NCBI RefSeq assembly: GCF_021869535.1
Contig: NW_026262723.1
Coordinates: 59,024,001 to 59,088,000 of the forward strand
Direction: 5' to 3'
Length of the DNA stretch: 64,000 nt
Source of the DNA: Mytilus californianus
Taxonomy: Eukaryota
In this document: positions 24,559 through 34,652 of the stretch, one piece after another
Position numbering within the stretch: position 1 is the first letter of the stretch
Layout of the letters: every line of letters begins with the position of its first letter
Made by a program: the position numbers and the translations under genes
Notes under the pieces: model-generated
Seen by the model: only the letters and a program-made list of their open reading frames with translations
What the model was told of the DNA's origin: nothing
Databases searched by the model: none

Positions 24559-26721
24559 TTATGAATTGAAAGAAACTGCAACAGGAGGGTTGTCATACGA
24601 ATTTTTAACACCGCTGATCACTGCAGTCCAGAATAATCGTTTTCCTATTCCTTTTGTGTGCGATAAATATGGCGTTGTATAAAGTAATGTACGAAGGGCA
24701 CTTGTCATATGTTTGGAGTCAATCTGTTTTACCATTATCAGAACCATCGCATTTTTTCCTCGTCGGCGTCTCCTTTCTTGGACAAGATTAACTTCCCACT
24801 GATTCAATTCACTTCTAGCAAAGTTATTTGACATAATTACTATAAATTTCCAGCTTTTATTCATAAACTTTTCAATATCGTCAACAATATATTCGCCCAC
24901 CGTAAAATCTCTTAGATGTATACAGACTTTAAATCCTTCGTTTTCAAGGCGTTTCAAAAGAACATCGTGGACCCATTTACGATCTTTCTCGCAGTAAACA
25001 ACATAAACATCAAATTCGTAAGTTCCTGGTAAATCTGATCGAACAGATCTAGATCTACGCTGTCGACGTCGATGAAGGTGATAGAGGTATAACGCATTAC
25101 GAATATTGTTTTGACATTTTAAAGTCACACTTCCTATTAAAACAATCAATAAAGCACAGAATAAAACAGACCCAATAAAAATGTTAGTAGGATCTGAGTC
25201 TTTGCACGACTCTTTGGTTGGCATGTATTCAACTATTTTAACGTCCTTCAGTTCCTCTGGAAAGGAACACATGTAGTTGTCAGGCCACTTTACCAGTTTT
25301 GAAGATAAGTTGGAAGCACGGAGGTGATCTACAAACCATTTATTACTGCAAATACACCAAAATGGATTGTACGATAAGTCTAAACTTTTCAGAGATGCAA
25401 GAAGATTCTCGGGAATTGAAGTTTTATTGATAAGATTGATTGAATTTCCATTTAAATTTAAAACTTTGAGAGATGTTACATTATGGAAAAGTATTGGATT
25501 CCATTTGCTTATACTATTTCCTTGTAATATTAAAGTATGAAGAAAAGGTTTGTTTTGGAAAAACATGTCTGGCATGGTTGACGAAAAGGTCTTTTGCAAA
25601 ATTAAATTCCGTAAATTGTTCAAAGGTGCAAACATTTGGAGAAAAATAGATTCATTTTTTGGCAAATAGTTCCTCGTCAAATCGAGGTAAGTGAGGTTCT
25701 GCAAAAATCGGAAAACCAATTTTGAATCAAATCTATCCAAGTCGGTAAACTTGAAGTCATTCTGTATAAATTGTAACTTTTGCAAAGAAACACAGTTGAA
25801 AGCACGACTTTTAAGTTTTCTCAGTTTCATAAAACTTAGTGAAAGCCTTTCTAGACTTATCAATGGTAAAAATATATCATTGCTGATCTCAATTATTCTA
25901 TTGGTGTTCAGTTTTAACTCCCGCAAATTATTCAAACACCTGAAGGATCTAGAAGAAAGCGACCTTATAGCATTGTCAGATAAAGTCAACTTTTTAAGAT
26001 TTGGAGCAACAGTTGAATCATTTTTGGAACAAAAATTCGGAATAATGACAATTTGATTTGCAGTTAGATCCAATTCTTCAACTGTTTGGAAACCATTCGT
26101 TATTATCAAATGTTCAATTCTATTCCCTGTGCATGTGATTTTTCCAACTTGATTAAAAGGCTCTAATAAAGTTGCATCAAAAGTCAAAAGAATATTGGAG
26201 TTCAAAGACAGTTTAGAAATATTAGCTCCAGCTAAATATTTGAAAAGAGTGTTTGGAATTTTTTCCCATCCATTGTTTTCGAATCTCAATTTTTCAATGG
26301 TAGACACATTTACGCTCCGAAATGATGTTTCAAGGGTCGATAAATTAAGTTTCTTTTCATATGAAATTTCAAGTGTTATCATGGTATTCAGAGATTTGAA
26401 CGTGTCATTTGCTACCATCATAATCCTATTATCTTGCAGTAAGAAATGTCTGATATCATTATCGGTTACATTATAAAACGTATCCTTGTCCAGATTGAAG
26501 AAGGTATTTGACTTCAGCAGTAGTGTAAGAGAATATTCTGGAATTTTTGGAATGTATGTTAATGAAAAACACGATGTCTTTAAGCTATTTTGGCTGCACT
26601 TACAGAAATTTGTTAAACAACCTGTAGTTCCATCGACTAGATAAATCACAAAATAAAATCTTAACAAACAAACCATCATGTGTTCCTCAGTAAACCGATA
26701 AAAACTCTGTGTTATAAACAT
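24559..26721 (-). CDS. TLR: Toll-like receptor, single-cysteine-cluster type, intronless (720 aa from M1; likelier start M15/M16 at 26679/26676)
   Basis: Hydrophobic signal (MMVCLLRFYFVIYLVDGTTG), LRR-NT (CLTNFCKC), ~15-17 LRRs, LRR-CT (NPFWCIC..YMCSFPEEL..C), TM (IFIGSVLFCALLIVLIGSV), TIR (FDVYVVY..HLRDF..G..LFW). Confidence 0.95.
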   Translation of the reverse strand: MFITQSFYRFTEEHMMVCLLRFYFVIYLVDGTTGCLTNFCKCSQNSLKTSCFSLTYIPKIPEYSLTLLLKSNTFFNLDKDTFYNVTDNDIRHFLLQDNRIMMVANDTFKSLNTMITLEISYEKKLNLSTLETSFRSVNVSTIEKLRFENNGWEKIPNTLFKYLAGANISKLSLNSNILLTFDATLLEPFNQVGKITCTGNRIEHLIITNGFQTVEELDLTANQIVIIPNFCSKNDSTVAPNLKKLTLSDNAIRSLSSRSFRCLNNLRELKLNTNRIIEISNDIFLPLISLERLSLSFMKLRKLKSRAFNCVSLQKLQFIQNDFKFTDLDRFDSKLVFRFLQNLTYLDLTRNYLPKNESIFLQMFAPLNNLRNLILQKTFSSTMPDMFFQNKPFLHTLILQGNSISKWNPILFHNVTSLKVLNLNGNSINLINKTSIPENLLASLKSLDLSYNPFWCICSNKWFVDHLRASNLSSKLVKWPDNYMCSFPEELKDVKIVEYMPTKESCKDSDPTNIFIGSVLFCALLIVLIGSVTLKCQNNIRNALYLYHLHRRRQRRSRSVRSDLPGTYEFDVYVVYCEKDRKWVHDVLLKRLENEGFKVCIHLRDFTVGEYIVDDIEKFMNKSWKFIVIMSNNFARSELNQWEVNLVQERRRRRGKNAMVLIMVKQIDSKHMTSALRTLLYTTPYLSHTKGIGKRLFWTAVISGVKNSYDNPPVAVSFNS

Positions 26722-27459
26722 TTGTGTGAAATATATGCTTCCTGAAGCTATTTAAATTGAAATGGTATAAAGCTGAAAAATATTATATTTTATATAATTT
26801 AAAACTTTAAAGCATGCAACCTTCCTGTAAATGATGGAAATACAACTTATATATGTTGATCTTTATAATAATGTAGCATTTTGTGAAATCCTTTGGAAAT
26901 ACCCATTTTATGTTCCTGCTTATAATAATTGAATAAAACATTCTTTCCTGTTGAAGTATTAAAAAAAATCTTTTGAAATAGAAATGGAATTAACGGATCA
27001 TCAGTGACTTTCAAGACAATTTCTTCCTTTTTCCTAATTCAACTACTGACGTGTATTTTATAATATTACATTTGATGAACTATGACAGTAATTGTTCGAT
27101 TTTTTTTTGTCTTTCACGCATCGATGTTTTCCAATGCAAAAATGTATATCGGTGACAGCTTCAGACTCAAAATTGCATTTAGGATTGAGCTTTGAACTTG
27201 TGCTGAAAACATAAAACTTTTTTTTTATTAAAACGGCAATAAAAACCTGTTCCTTTACGTTGGGTTTTGTCTAGAAGTGCAAGTGGGGATCGTGCGTCGT
27301 AAATTAATACACCTTGTCTAATTTTAGTCGACTTTTACATTCCCCAACCGGATGTTCTTTATTTATAATCAACATGTGATTCGTTTGATCTCAGTTTTCA
27401 ATTAGGTCAATATACAATTACGATGGCAAGTATACTTGCTTTCCTCTAAGTTTGCTATT

Positions 27460-27499
27460 GTGACGTCACGAAATAAGCGACCATTCGTGATGACGTCAC
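27460..27499. promoter_or_regulatory. Two palindromic TGACGTCA (CRE-like) sites 30 bp apart, ~740-780 bp upstream of the TLR ORF
   Basis: gtgacgtcac at 27460-27469 and tgacgtca at 27491-27498; function unproven, may belong to a repeat. Confidence 0.35.
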
Positions 27500-28118
27500 A
27501 TAAAACGAGGACATCTCTGAGCAGATCACTGAAAATAGAAAGATAAAGTGTGACTACATTTGGGCTAAAGAACCTTGTTTCTGAAGTACACGCTATCTAT
27601 TCATCTCTCGAAAATAATCATCCGCTTATATTTAAAAAATACACAACAAAAATATTTTAAAACATTAATAAGTGTTAACTGCTAGTGACATTTTGAAGCA
27701 GAATTGCCGTAATCGACCTCAACCGAAGATGTATCAGTATATAGATCAACGTTGCAAATTTCCGGCGCCGAAAATGTCAACGTAAAATGTCATTAAAAGT
27801 TAAAAGTTGGACCCTTTTCTTCTTTTTAGCAATTTTTTGTATCTAGATGACAAGGAAGTCATACGATATGTTGAATCCGTATTAACGTTTTACCAACACA
27901 GGCCAAGCTTGGTAAAATCACAGCCCTATAGGCCTACATTTTATTGATTTGTTGATAAATATACATCTCTGACATCGTACAAGTTTCGTGGATCAATTTT
28001 TATTTCGTGAATTGTTACTGACCGAATAAAATAAATATAGTCAGTAATTAATAAATACTACTGAAATCAAAACAGTAAATATAACATCAAATAAATTCAC
28101 ATAAGCAAGATAAAAATC

Positions 28119-28271
28119 TTAACTGGGAAACACGTCTAATCGAATCGGCCCTGTCGTGCTGAATGGTTATATCCCATGAAGCGCGCGAATACAAATAACG
28201 GTCTATGGGTAGACAACTAGAAGAAATTAATTTCAATCTAATTCAGTTCCTTCAAACGGTTGAAATTACAT
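28119..28271 (-). repeat. 3' direct repeat (A2) of the YR element
   Basis: Ungapped match to 32570-32722, 6 mismatches by hand count. Confidence 0.95.
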
Positions 28272-28461
28272 TTCTTCTACGATTACTAACGCCCATAGAC
28301 TACCCAACACTATACACATAACACTAATAAAAACTAAACTAAAGTTCAAATTGAATACCCACACGACAGTGCCATGTGCTGAACTACAAAGAACGGGCAA
28401 TACAATTTTTATCTTGCTTATAGAACTTAATTCACTTTCAAAATAAAAAGTCATAATCAGG

Positions 28462-29457
28462 TTATAAACCTAAATTTTCAGAAACAATTAATCTGTCTTT
28501 TAAAGAGTCTTTAATATAACCGTCCTTGGCGGTCTCTGAACGCCATCTACCATGTCTTTTGAACAATCGATCGAAAACGCCTAAATTGGCACAAGTTGTA
28601 GCTCCACCAGACCGTAAACTGTGCAATCCATATTTTTTAATATCTGACACAAATGGTTGAAAAGCTCCAATAAATAATTCTCTCATACGTGTATAAGACA
28701 GTGGTTTGTTATCCTTCCGAAGTATATATCGATCCTTGAATTTTGTTAAATTTCTAAAAATAAATTCATCTGAATCCGGCGAAATATCAGCCCACAACAA
28801 ATATAACTTTAAATTCTTTACTGGACAAATATCGGAATCCATACAGGCTATTACTTCAGAATTGCTATCACGATAAATATCAGTTTTACTTTTCGGAATA
28901 AATATAGATACATAACCTAATTCAAACTTGATATCACATATCCGTATATTTAATCACTCGGACACTTTCAAAAATCCCGAATAAGCAAGTAAACACGCGC
29001 AAATAATACGCTGTGAAATAACATTGTATTCCTTAAATAATGAACTATACATTTTAGTTAGAAGCTCAGGAGTAACTGGTTCCTTTTTCTCAGTTCGTAT
29101 AGCTAAGCGCCGTTTTGCACCTTCTAAAACATTTTTCACAACTACATTTTTGGTAGGAGACGTTTGACGAATCATATGATGTGCCCATTGTATACTATAA
29201 AATGCTGAAATAACCGGACTAGCAGTGTTACTGTTATAAACTAATGAAGATAAATATAGTGCAACGTGCAAAGGTTTTGCCGGTAAAATATCACAACCAT
29301 TTATACCGTTATGAACGGCCCACTTTTTCCAACGGATAAATCCTGCATGATAAGTGTTAACGTTACTGTCAGCTTTAGATTCTCAAAGTAAATCCATAAG
29401 AACATCAACATTGGTATGCAGAGTTGGTGGCAAAAAATTAATCTCAGATTCATAAGC
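28462..29457 (-). pseudogene. Tyrosine recombinase of the element, disrupted
   Basis: One frame with in-frame TGA at 29383-29385 and 28954-28956; first catalytic Arg is Lys (GFLK, AAA 28966-28968); KSKTD, HSLRSGGAT, RHGRW and GY retained; first ATG at 29397. Confidence 0.9.
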
Positions 29458-29815
29458 CTGCAAAAACACATGTATAAACAATAATAAAACAATAATAGCA
29501 TCTTAAATGATGGAAACTACCAACAGAAAAATACTTGTTAGTACATCTCACAAGACTATACACAATAGTCTTAAACGCTTAACATACGCATTTGTATTTG
29601 TTAGTATATTAGTTCTCAACAAGGCCAATTATAGCCTTAATGCCAAAATCTGAAACCAATTCAGATATGCATTGTAACGTTAGTACACAAACAAGGCACT
29701 TATACAGCCTTTAAAATATCTTCTTATATCTATTTAAAATATCATCTGTAAAATTCAGATAAGCATAAACAGCTTCATAAACAAAATAGGTTTACAACCT
29801 TCATACATATCAGTA

Positions 29816-31786
29816 TTATATTCTGAAATCTAGCCTCAAAGCTAACATCTTAAATGTAAGATCAGTATTACCAAAAATGGCTTTCTTGCTTTTACCAGGA
29901 GTATAAAACTCCTTACCGCTTGGTAATTCTACATGTGCAATAACTTGATCTGTTAAATCGCCCCCATTTGGGCATAGCATAGGCCAATAACTTGCGGATG
30001 GCCAACAAGGAACAATCAATGTACCTACAGCGTTGCATTGTCTCATGTAATTAATAACACGTGGTATAAGAAATACAGGCGGTACAAAAAGACCGTTAAC
30101 CCCAAACCAATTAACTGTGAAAGCATCAATACCAGAAGAATTTTCATTCCAAAATCTTGAATAAAATACCAGTAACTTGAAATTGTGATCAGAAGCAAAC
30201 CAATCTACTTCATGAGGTCCCCATAAAGCTTCTATCAATTGAAATATATAATATGATATACCCCAATCATCATGATCAACGATGCGACTCAAAAAGTCAG
30301 CTTTTTCGTTTAGTGTCCTAGGTATCCAAACTATATCAATATTGACATTGTACTTCAAACATGCGCTAAATATGTCCAACGCTAAATTTTGTAAAATAGT
30401 TTTTGTACTGCCCTTGCTAACAATGCTCACAACATTCTGGTTATCTGTAAACCATTTGACCTTTTTTCCAGATATAAAAATAATTAATGACAGCAAAACT
30501 TTCTTAACCGCTGAAAGTTCCTTCCAAGTTGAACTATTACTACGTTCTGATTCAACCCACATACCATGTGTAATGTTTTGTGGTGTTTCTATAATATAAC
30601 CTCCAAAGCCTGTATCACTAGCGTCACTATAGATAATACTATGACATGATTCATCAACACTAAAATGTTTTACATTAACTTCACTAATATACAGTTTCCA
30701 GAATTGTAACTGTTCAATACTAGATTCAGAAAGTCTAATATAAGAATACCAAGACGCAGATGTGTTCACGTCTATAGTTAAATGTTTAGTCATTAAATAA
30801 ACTAAATTTCCAATAACTAAGTATGTAGATATTATCTGACCTACAACAGATGCAACTTTTTTCACGTACACGCTTTTAGGCCCAGTTAAACAAGATATAA
30901 TGTCATCAATAGAATGTATCATCTTATCTATTTTATTATCTGGTATTTTATAAAAGCCATACTCTGTATCAATAAATGTTCCTAACCAAACCAGACGTTT
31001 AGTAGGTTCCCACAATGATTTTTCGGCCTTAGGTACAAAGCCACTTTTAACTAAATCTAGCTTAACTTGTTCTGACACAATCTTACACATATCTTTATCT
31101 TGTTCAATACCTAACCCATCATCAAGATACATAATGACTTGTTTACCTTCAGATCGCCATTTCTTTACAAGCGGCCTAGTCAGTTTAGTAAAAAGAAAAC
31201 AAGCTGTACTTAATCCAAATGGTAAAACAAGAAATTTGAAAAATGTAGGACATCCATTAATGGTCCATGAAAAACCTAAATACTCTGTGTGTGGTTCAAA
31301 AATATCAACATGGTGATAAGCTGAGTGAACATCAAACTTAAACATAGAATAGTTCAATTTAATATGCTGTTGAGCAGTTCTCATATCCTCAAATTTAACG
31401 CTCTGTTTCCATAAATGTTTATTAACCGCTCTCAAATCAAGTATCAATCTTTTCTTTGAATTAGATTGAACTGATACAGTAAGAGGATTAACAACAAAAG
31501 GTCGCTTATCACACTGAACTATCAAACCTCTATGTAATAAATCCTGAAAAGCTGTATGCACAAAATCGGAATTTTTTAAAGCTGATACATTGTTACATAA
31601 ATACGTAGACGGAGGAATAGAATAAAATGGTAACTTATAACCATCTCTTATAGTGTCAATAATATAATCATAAGCACCAATATTTATCCAAAATTGGATA
31701 TTTTCCTTCAGCCTACCCTTAACAATTATATCAGTACCATCTTGCTCATATTCGAAATAATCATGTGTAAACGTTGGTTCAGACAA
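29816..31786 (-). CDS. pol: pol: RT + RNase H + methyltransferase-like domain (656 aa open)
   Basis: ILDLRAVN, VLPFGLSTAC, MYLDDG; YSDASDTGFGG, KELSAV, FTDNQNV, NEKADFLSR; VDWFAS..KL..FYSRF..DAF..W..VPP..LIVPCWP. Track start is TTG; the frame continues upstream past TAG 31817-31819 to ATGs at 31960/31975, overlapping gag. Confidence 0.93.
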   Translation of the reverse strand: MSEPTFTHDYFEYEQDGTDIIVKGRLKENIQFWINIGAYDYIIDTIRDGYKLPFYSIPPSTYLCNNVSALKNSDFVHTAFQDLLHRGLIVQCDKRPFVVNPLTVSVQSNSKKRLILDLRAVNKHLWKQSVKFEDMRTAQQHIKLNYSMFKFDVHSAYHHVDIFEPHTEYLGFSWTINGCPTFFKFLVLPFGLSTACFLFTKLTRPLVKKWRSEGKQVIMYLDDGLGIEQDKDMCKIVSEQVKLDLVKSGFVPKAEKSLWEPTKRLVWLGTFIDTEYGFYKIPDNKIDKMIHSIDDIISCLTGPKSVYVKKVASVVGQIISTYLVIGNLVYLMTKHLTIDVNTSASWYSYIRLSESSIEQLQFWKLYISEVNVKHFSVDESCHSIIYSDASDTGFGGYIIETPQNITHGMWVESERSNSSTWKELSAVKKVLLSLIIFISGKKVKWFTDNQNVVSIVSKGSTKTILQNLALDIFSACLKYNVNIDIVWIPRTLNEKADFLSRIVDHDDWGISYYIFQLIEALWGPHEVDWFASDHNFKLLVFYSRFWNENSSGIDAFTVNWFGVNGLFVPPVFLIPRVINYMRQCNAVGTLIVPCWPSASYWPMLCPNGGDLTDQVIAHVELPSGKEFYTPGKSKKAIFGNTDLTFKMLALRLDFRI

Positions 31787-31811
31787 ATTTTCTAAAGAAA
31801 TTGTGTCAAAA

Positions 31812-32561
31812 TTATACTAATCTTTTACAAAACAAGTTTCTTTTGTGTGATGCTGCTGTCTTGTTGTTTTGGAAGGGGCAGTTAACTCTCCAGTGCTTGT
31901 ACGACCCACAGTTGAAGCATGGTCCCCGTTGAGATTTTCCAGCATACTGGTCTTGGGCATACGGGAAACTTCCATACCAAGACGGCTGGCCCCCTCGAAA
32001 GGGCTGTTGAGGATTGAAGCTAGGGTTGGCGGTGGAAGGAACCTGCTGTTGTTTAGGAGCTGGATTGCTCTTTGCCTTTTTCTTCCTAATGGCCCTGTTT
32101 TCAGCTCTGATTATCTTGGACTCGTCTTCTGAATCACAAGCAATTGGGTTTGCCTCGTACTGGCGAGCTGTGTCCCATCCCCCATCAGAAGTGTCCGCGA
32201 TCTTTATTAACTCATTTCTTTGTTTAAGCCTATCTGTACATGATGCAATAATGTCTCTTGCATAGTCAACTTTGCCATTGTCAATAGCTCACAGAGCCTG
32301 GGTTAAATCTTCTAAATTTTCGGTATTACCATTGAACTGAATTTTATTACCTTCAGAACGCCATTTATACTGGGAGTCCGACTTCAACTTCTTGACTTGA
32401 GATTTCATACATTGGTTTGTTCCGTGGATTTCGTCGCGCAAACTATTAATCTTTTCGCTGATTTTGGTATCCATAAGAACTTCAATATCCTGCTTTTGAC
32501 GATTAACTGCGTCTAAAACTGTACGCAAAGATATTTCTTCAGAGGGTGTATCTGAATCCAT
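31812..32561 (-). pseudogene. gag: gag-like ORF (250 codons) with one premature stop
   Basis: TGA at 32289-32291 (likely W); frame continues AIDNGKVDYARD..KIADTSDGGW..YEANPIACDSEDE..CFNCGSYKHWRVNC (CX2CX4HX4C) to TAA 31812-31814. Confidence 0.88.
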
Positions 32562-32569
32562 GTTTTATA

Positions 32570-32722
32570 TTAACTGGGAAACACGTCTAATCGAATCGGC
32601 CCTGTCGTGCTGAATGGTTATATTCCATGAAACGCGGGAATACAAATAACGATCTATGGGCAGACAACTAGAAGAAATTAATTTCAATCTACTTCAGTTC
32701 CTTCAAACGGTTGAAATTACAT
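32570..32722 (-). repeat. 5' direct repeat (A1) of the YR element
   Basis: Ends 8 nt before the gag ATG; matches 28119-28271. Confidence 0.95.
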
Positions 32723-34619
32723 CAGGATCGACCAAACTTTAAAACATTCAATGAAAAAAAATACACTTCTGCAAAATGAAAGTTAAACACTTGAGGCCAG
32801 AGGGAAGATTCAGCAAAGAATTATCACTGTCATATAATTGCTTATGATTTATTTTGTTCTTTTTTACAACCGAATATGTGATTGCAAAATATACTGTTTT
32901 TGAAAATTTCATAACAAAAATAAAGTCAATATCTGAATTTATTACAAATTACATTTCACTTATCCAAATCTCCTTTTAATGTTGATGGGTCTCTAATGTC
33001 TAAAATTCCTCTTTTCACAACACTTGTGTGGGTAGTAGGAGCCCATAGTTTGCAAAGTCTCATTTATTAAATGCTGCATTAATTTCAGCAAACATTTCCG
33101 CTACATGTAATAATCACTCGAACAACCTGGGTTATCTGGTGGGGTAACCATCTAAGAATCAATTCTGCACATGAATAATATCTCTCTTAACACATTTCAT
33201 ATAAATTGCTGATTCCAGGTATTAAAATGTTATTCCTCTAACAGGATCTGTTGTTTACTGAAAATAAGAAAATGTTATTAAATTAAGTTTGTTAATTCAA
33301 TCAAAAGTTATGAAGAATGATAATTTTGATATTGTATTTCATTGTTATGTCCATCTTTGACCCCAATATGGTCTGCTCAAGTAAGTTCTCTTATCGGATA
33401 AAGAAATTGTCAAATTGAATAAATTTTCAATAATTTTGGTAAAGGTGGTTAGTACATTGTAAAATATTTTAAAATAAAAGCTTTCAGAAACCTCATGTTA
33501 ACACACTCGATCATGATATGATGCATATCATGTAAGAGTTACTTCTCTTATATTGTTTTCAATCATATATGTGAAATTTTAATTACTGTACCCTTCATTC
33601 TATGCAATTACAAAAATGTAAGTATTAAATCTGAAGTCAAATCTGAAGTCAATACTATTGACATTTACAGAACATAGATAATAGAATAAAAGTATACCAT
33701 TGGGACTTAAAGTCTGTTAAGGATTACTTGGCCCATCCTATAAATTTATTTTAAGTGCCAGCCCCTACTTATTCCATTAGAAACGTTCATGTCTGACCGT
33801 TAAATGCAGAATATTTGCTCAGTCGGTTTCTCTAATAAAAACAGTTTGAATACAATGTTCATGTATATTATATTTGTTTCATACTTTTGGGGATTGAAAA
33901 TATAGTACATTGTAAGTAGCACACTTTTGTAACCTCAAACAGACACTTTTTGGTTACTTACCCTTAATATTTTGTAGTCCTATTGGTTTCAACTTACAAA
34001 AATAATTTTGCTTCCAACATGTACAAATGTACTATGTGTACATCACTTCATTAAAATGTGTTGTTGCAATATGTTTTATATGTAAAAGTCCTCTGTTTGA
34101 ATCCATTAGTGAACATTTTTCTCCATCTTGTAAATACAAAGTATATGTACATACAATTACTGAAGGTTTTACCTAAATTCCTCACAGGAAAATTAAATTT
34201 TATCATTGTCATCATCAACACAATAATACAAATTTTCCAAAAGTTTACCAACAAAATACATGTATTATAAATAGTTATGCCCCCTATTAGCCCTAACATT
34301 TTTGCTAAATATAATTATGTGACAGGCAAAAAAAAAAGGATTATTAGATTTAACATTGAACAAATTTATGTTATACCAAACATTTTGATTACATTTTTAT
34401 ATTCAATATTGTACATAAACATCATTAACATGTACATCGTACGATGCATGTCAGATATAATGAAATTGTAAGAGGTATTATTTTGTTAGTTTCAGGGGAT
34501 ACATGTATAAGCTTTCAAATGGGTGGGTGATTGGTTAATTTCGTTTTGTAAATTTCTCTGATAAATTTCAGAGATATGAATTCAGAGGATGGCTATTTAA
34601 TTTGATTTATTTGATTTAT

Positions 34620-34629
<10 letters not shown>

Positions 34630-34650
<21 letters not shown>

Positions 34651-34652
34651 GG
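34630..34652 (+). repeat. G23 homopolymer after a T-run
   Basis: Directly visible. Confidence 0.9.

Larger units (their letters stand above)
28101..32722 (-). mobile_element. Tyrosine-recombinase retrotransposon (DIRS order; PAT-like by MT domain plus direct repeats), inactivated
   Basis: gag with CCHC knuckle, pol with YLDD RT, RNase H and Dam-like MT domain, YR with HSLR/HGRW/Y; 153-bp direct repeats 28119-28271 and 32570-32722. Confidence 0.92.

Noticed and set aside
25691-26476. Plus-strand ORFs within the TLR (also 13425, 30282, 31869, 40571, 47933, 58635)
   Set aside because: Antisense shadows of real coding exons, no motifs
26885-26905. kB-like gggtatttcc upstream of the TLR
   Set aside because: Imperfect single match, expected by chance
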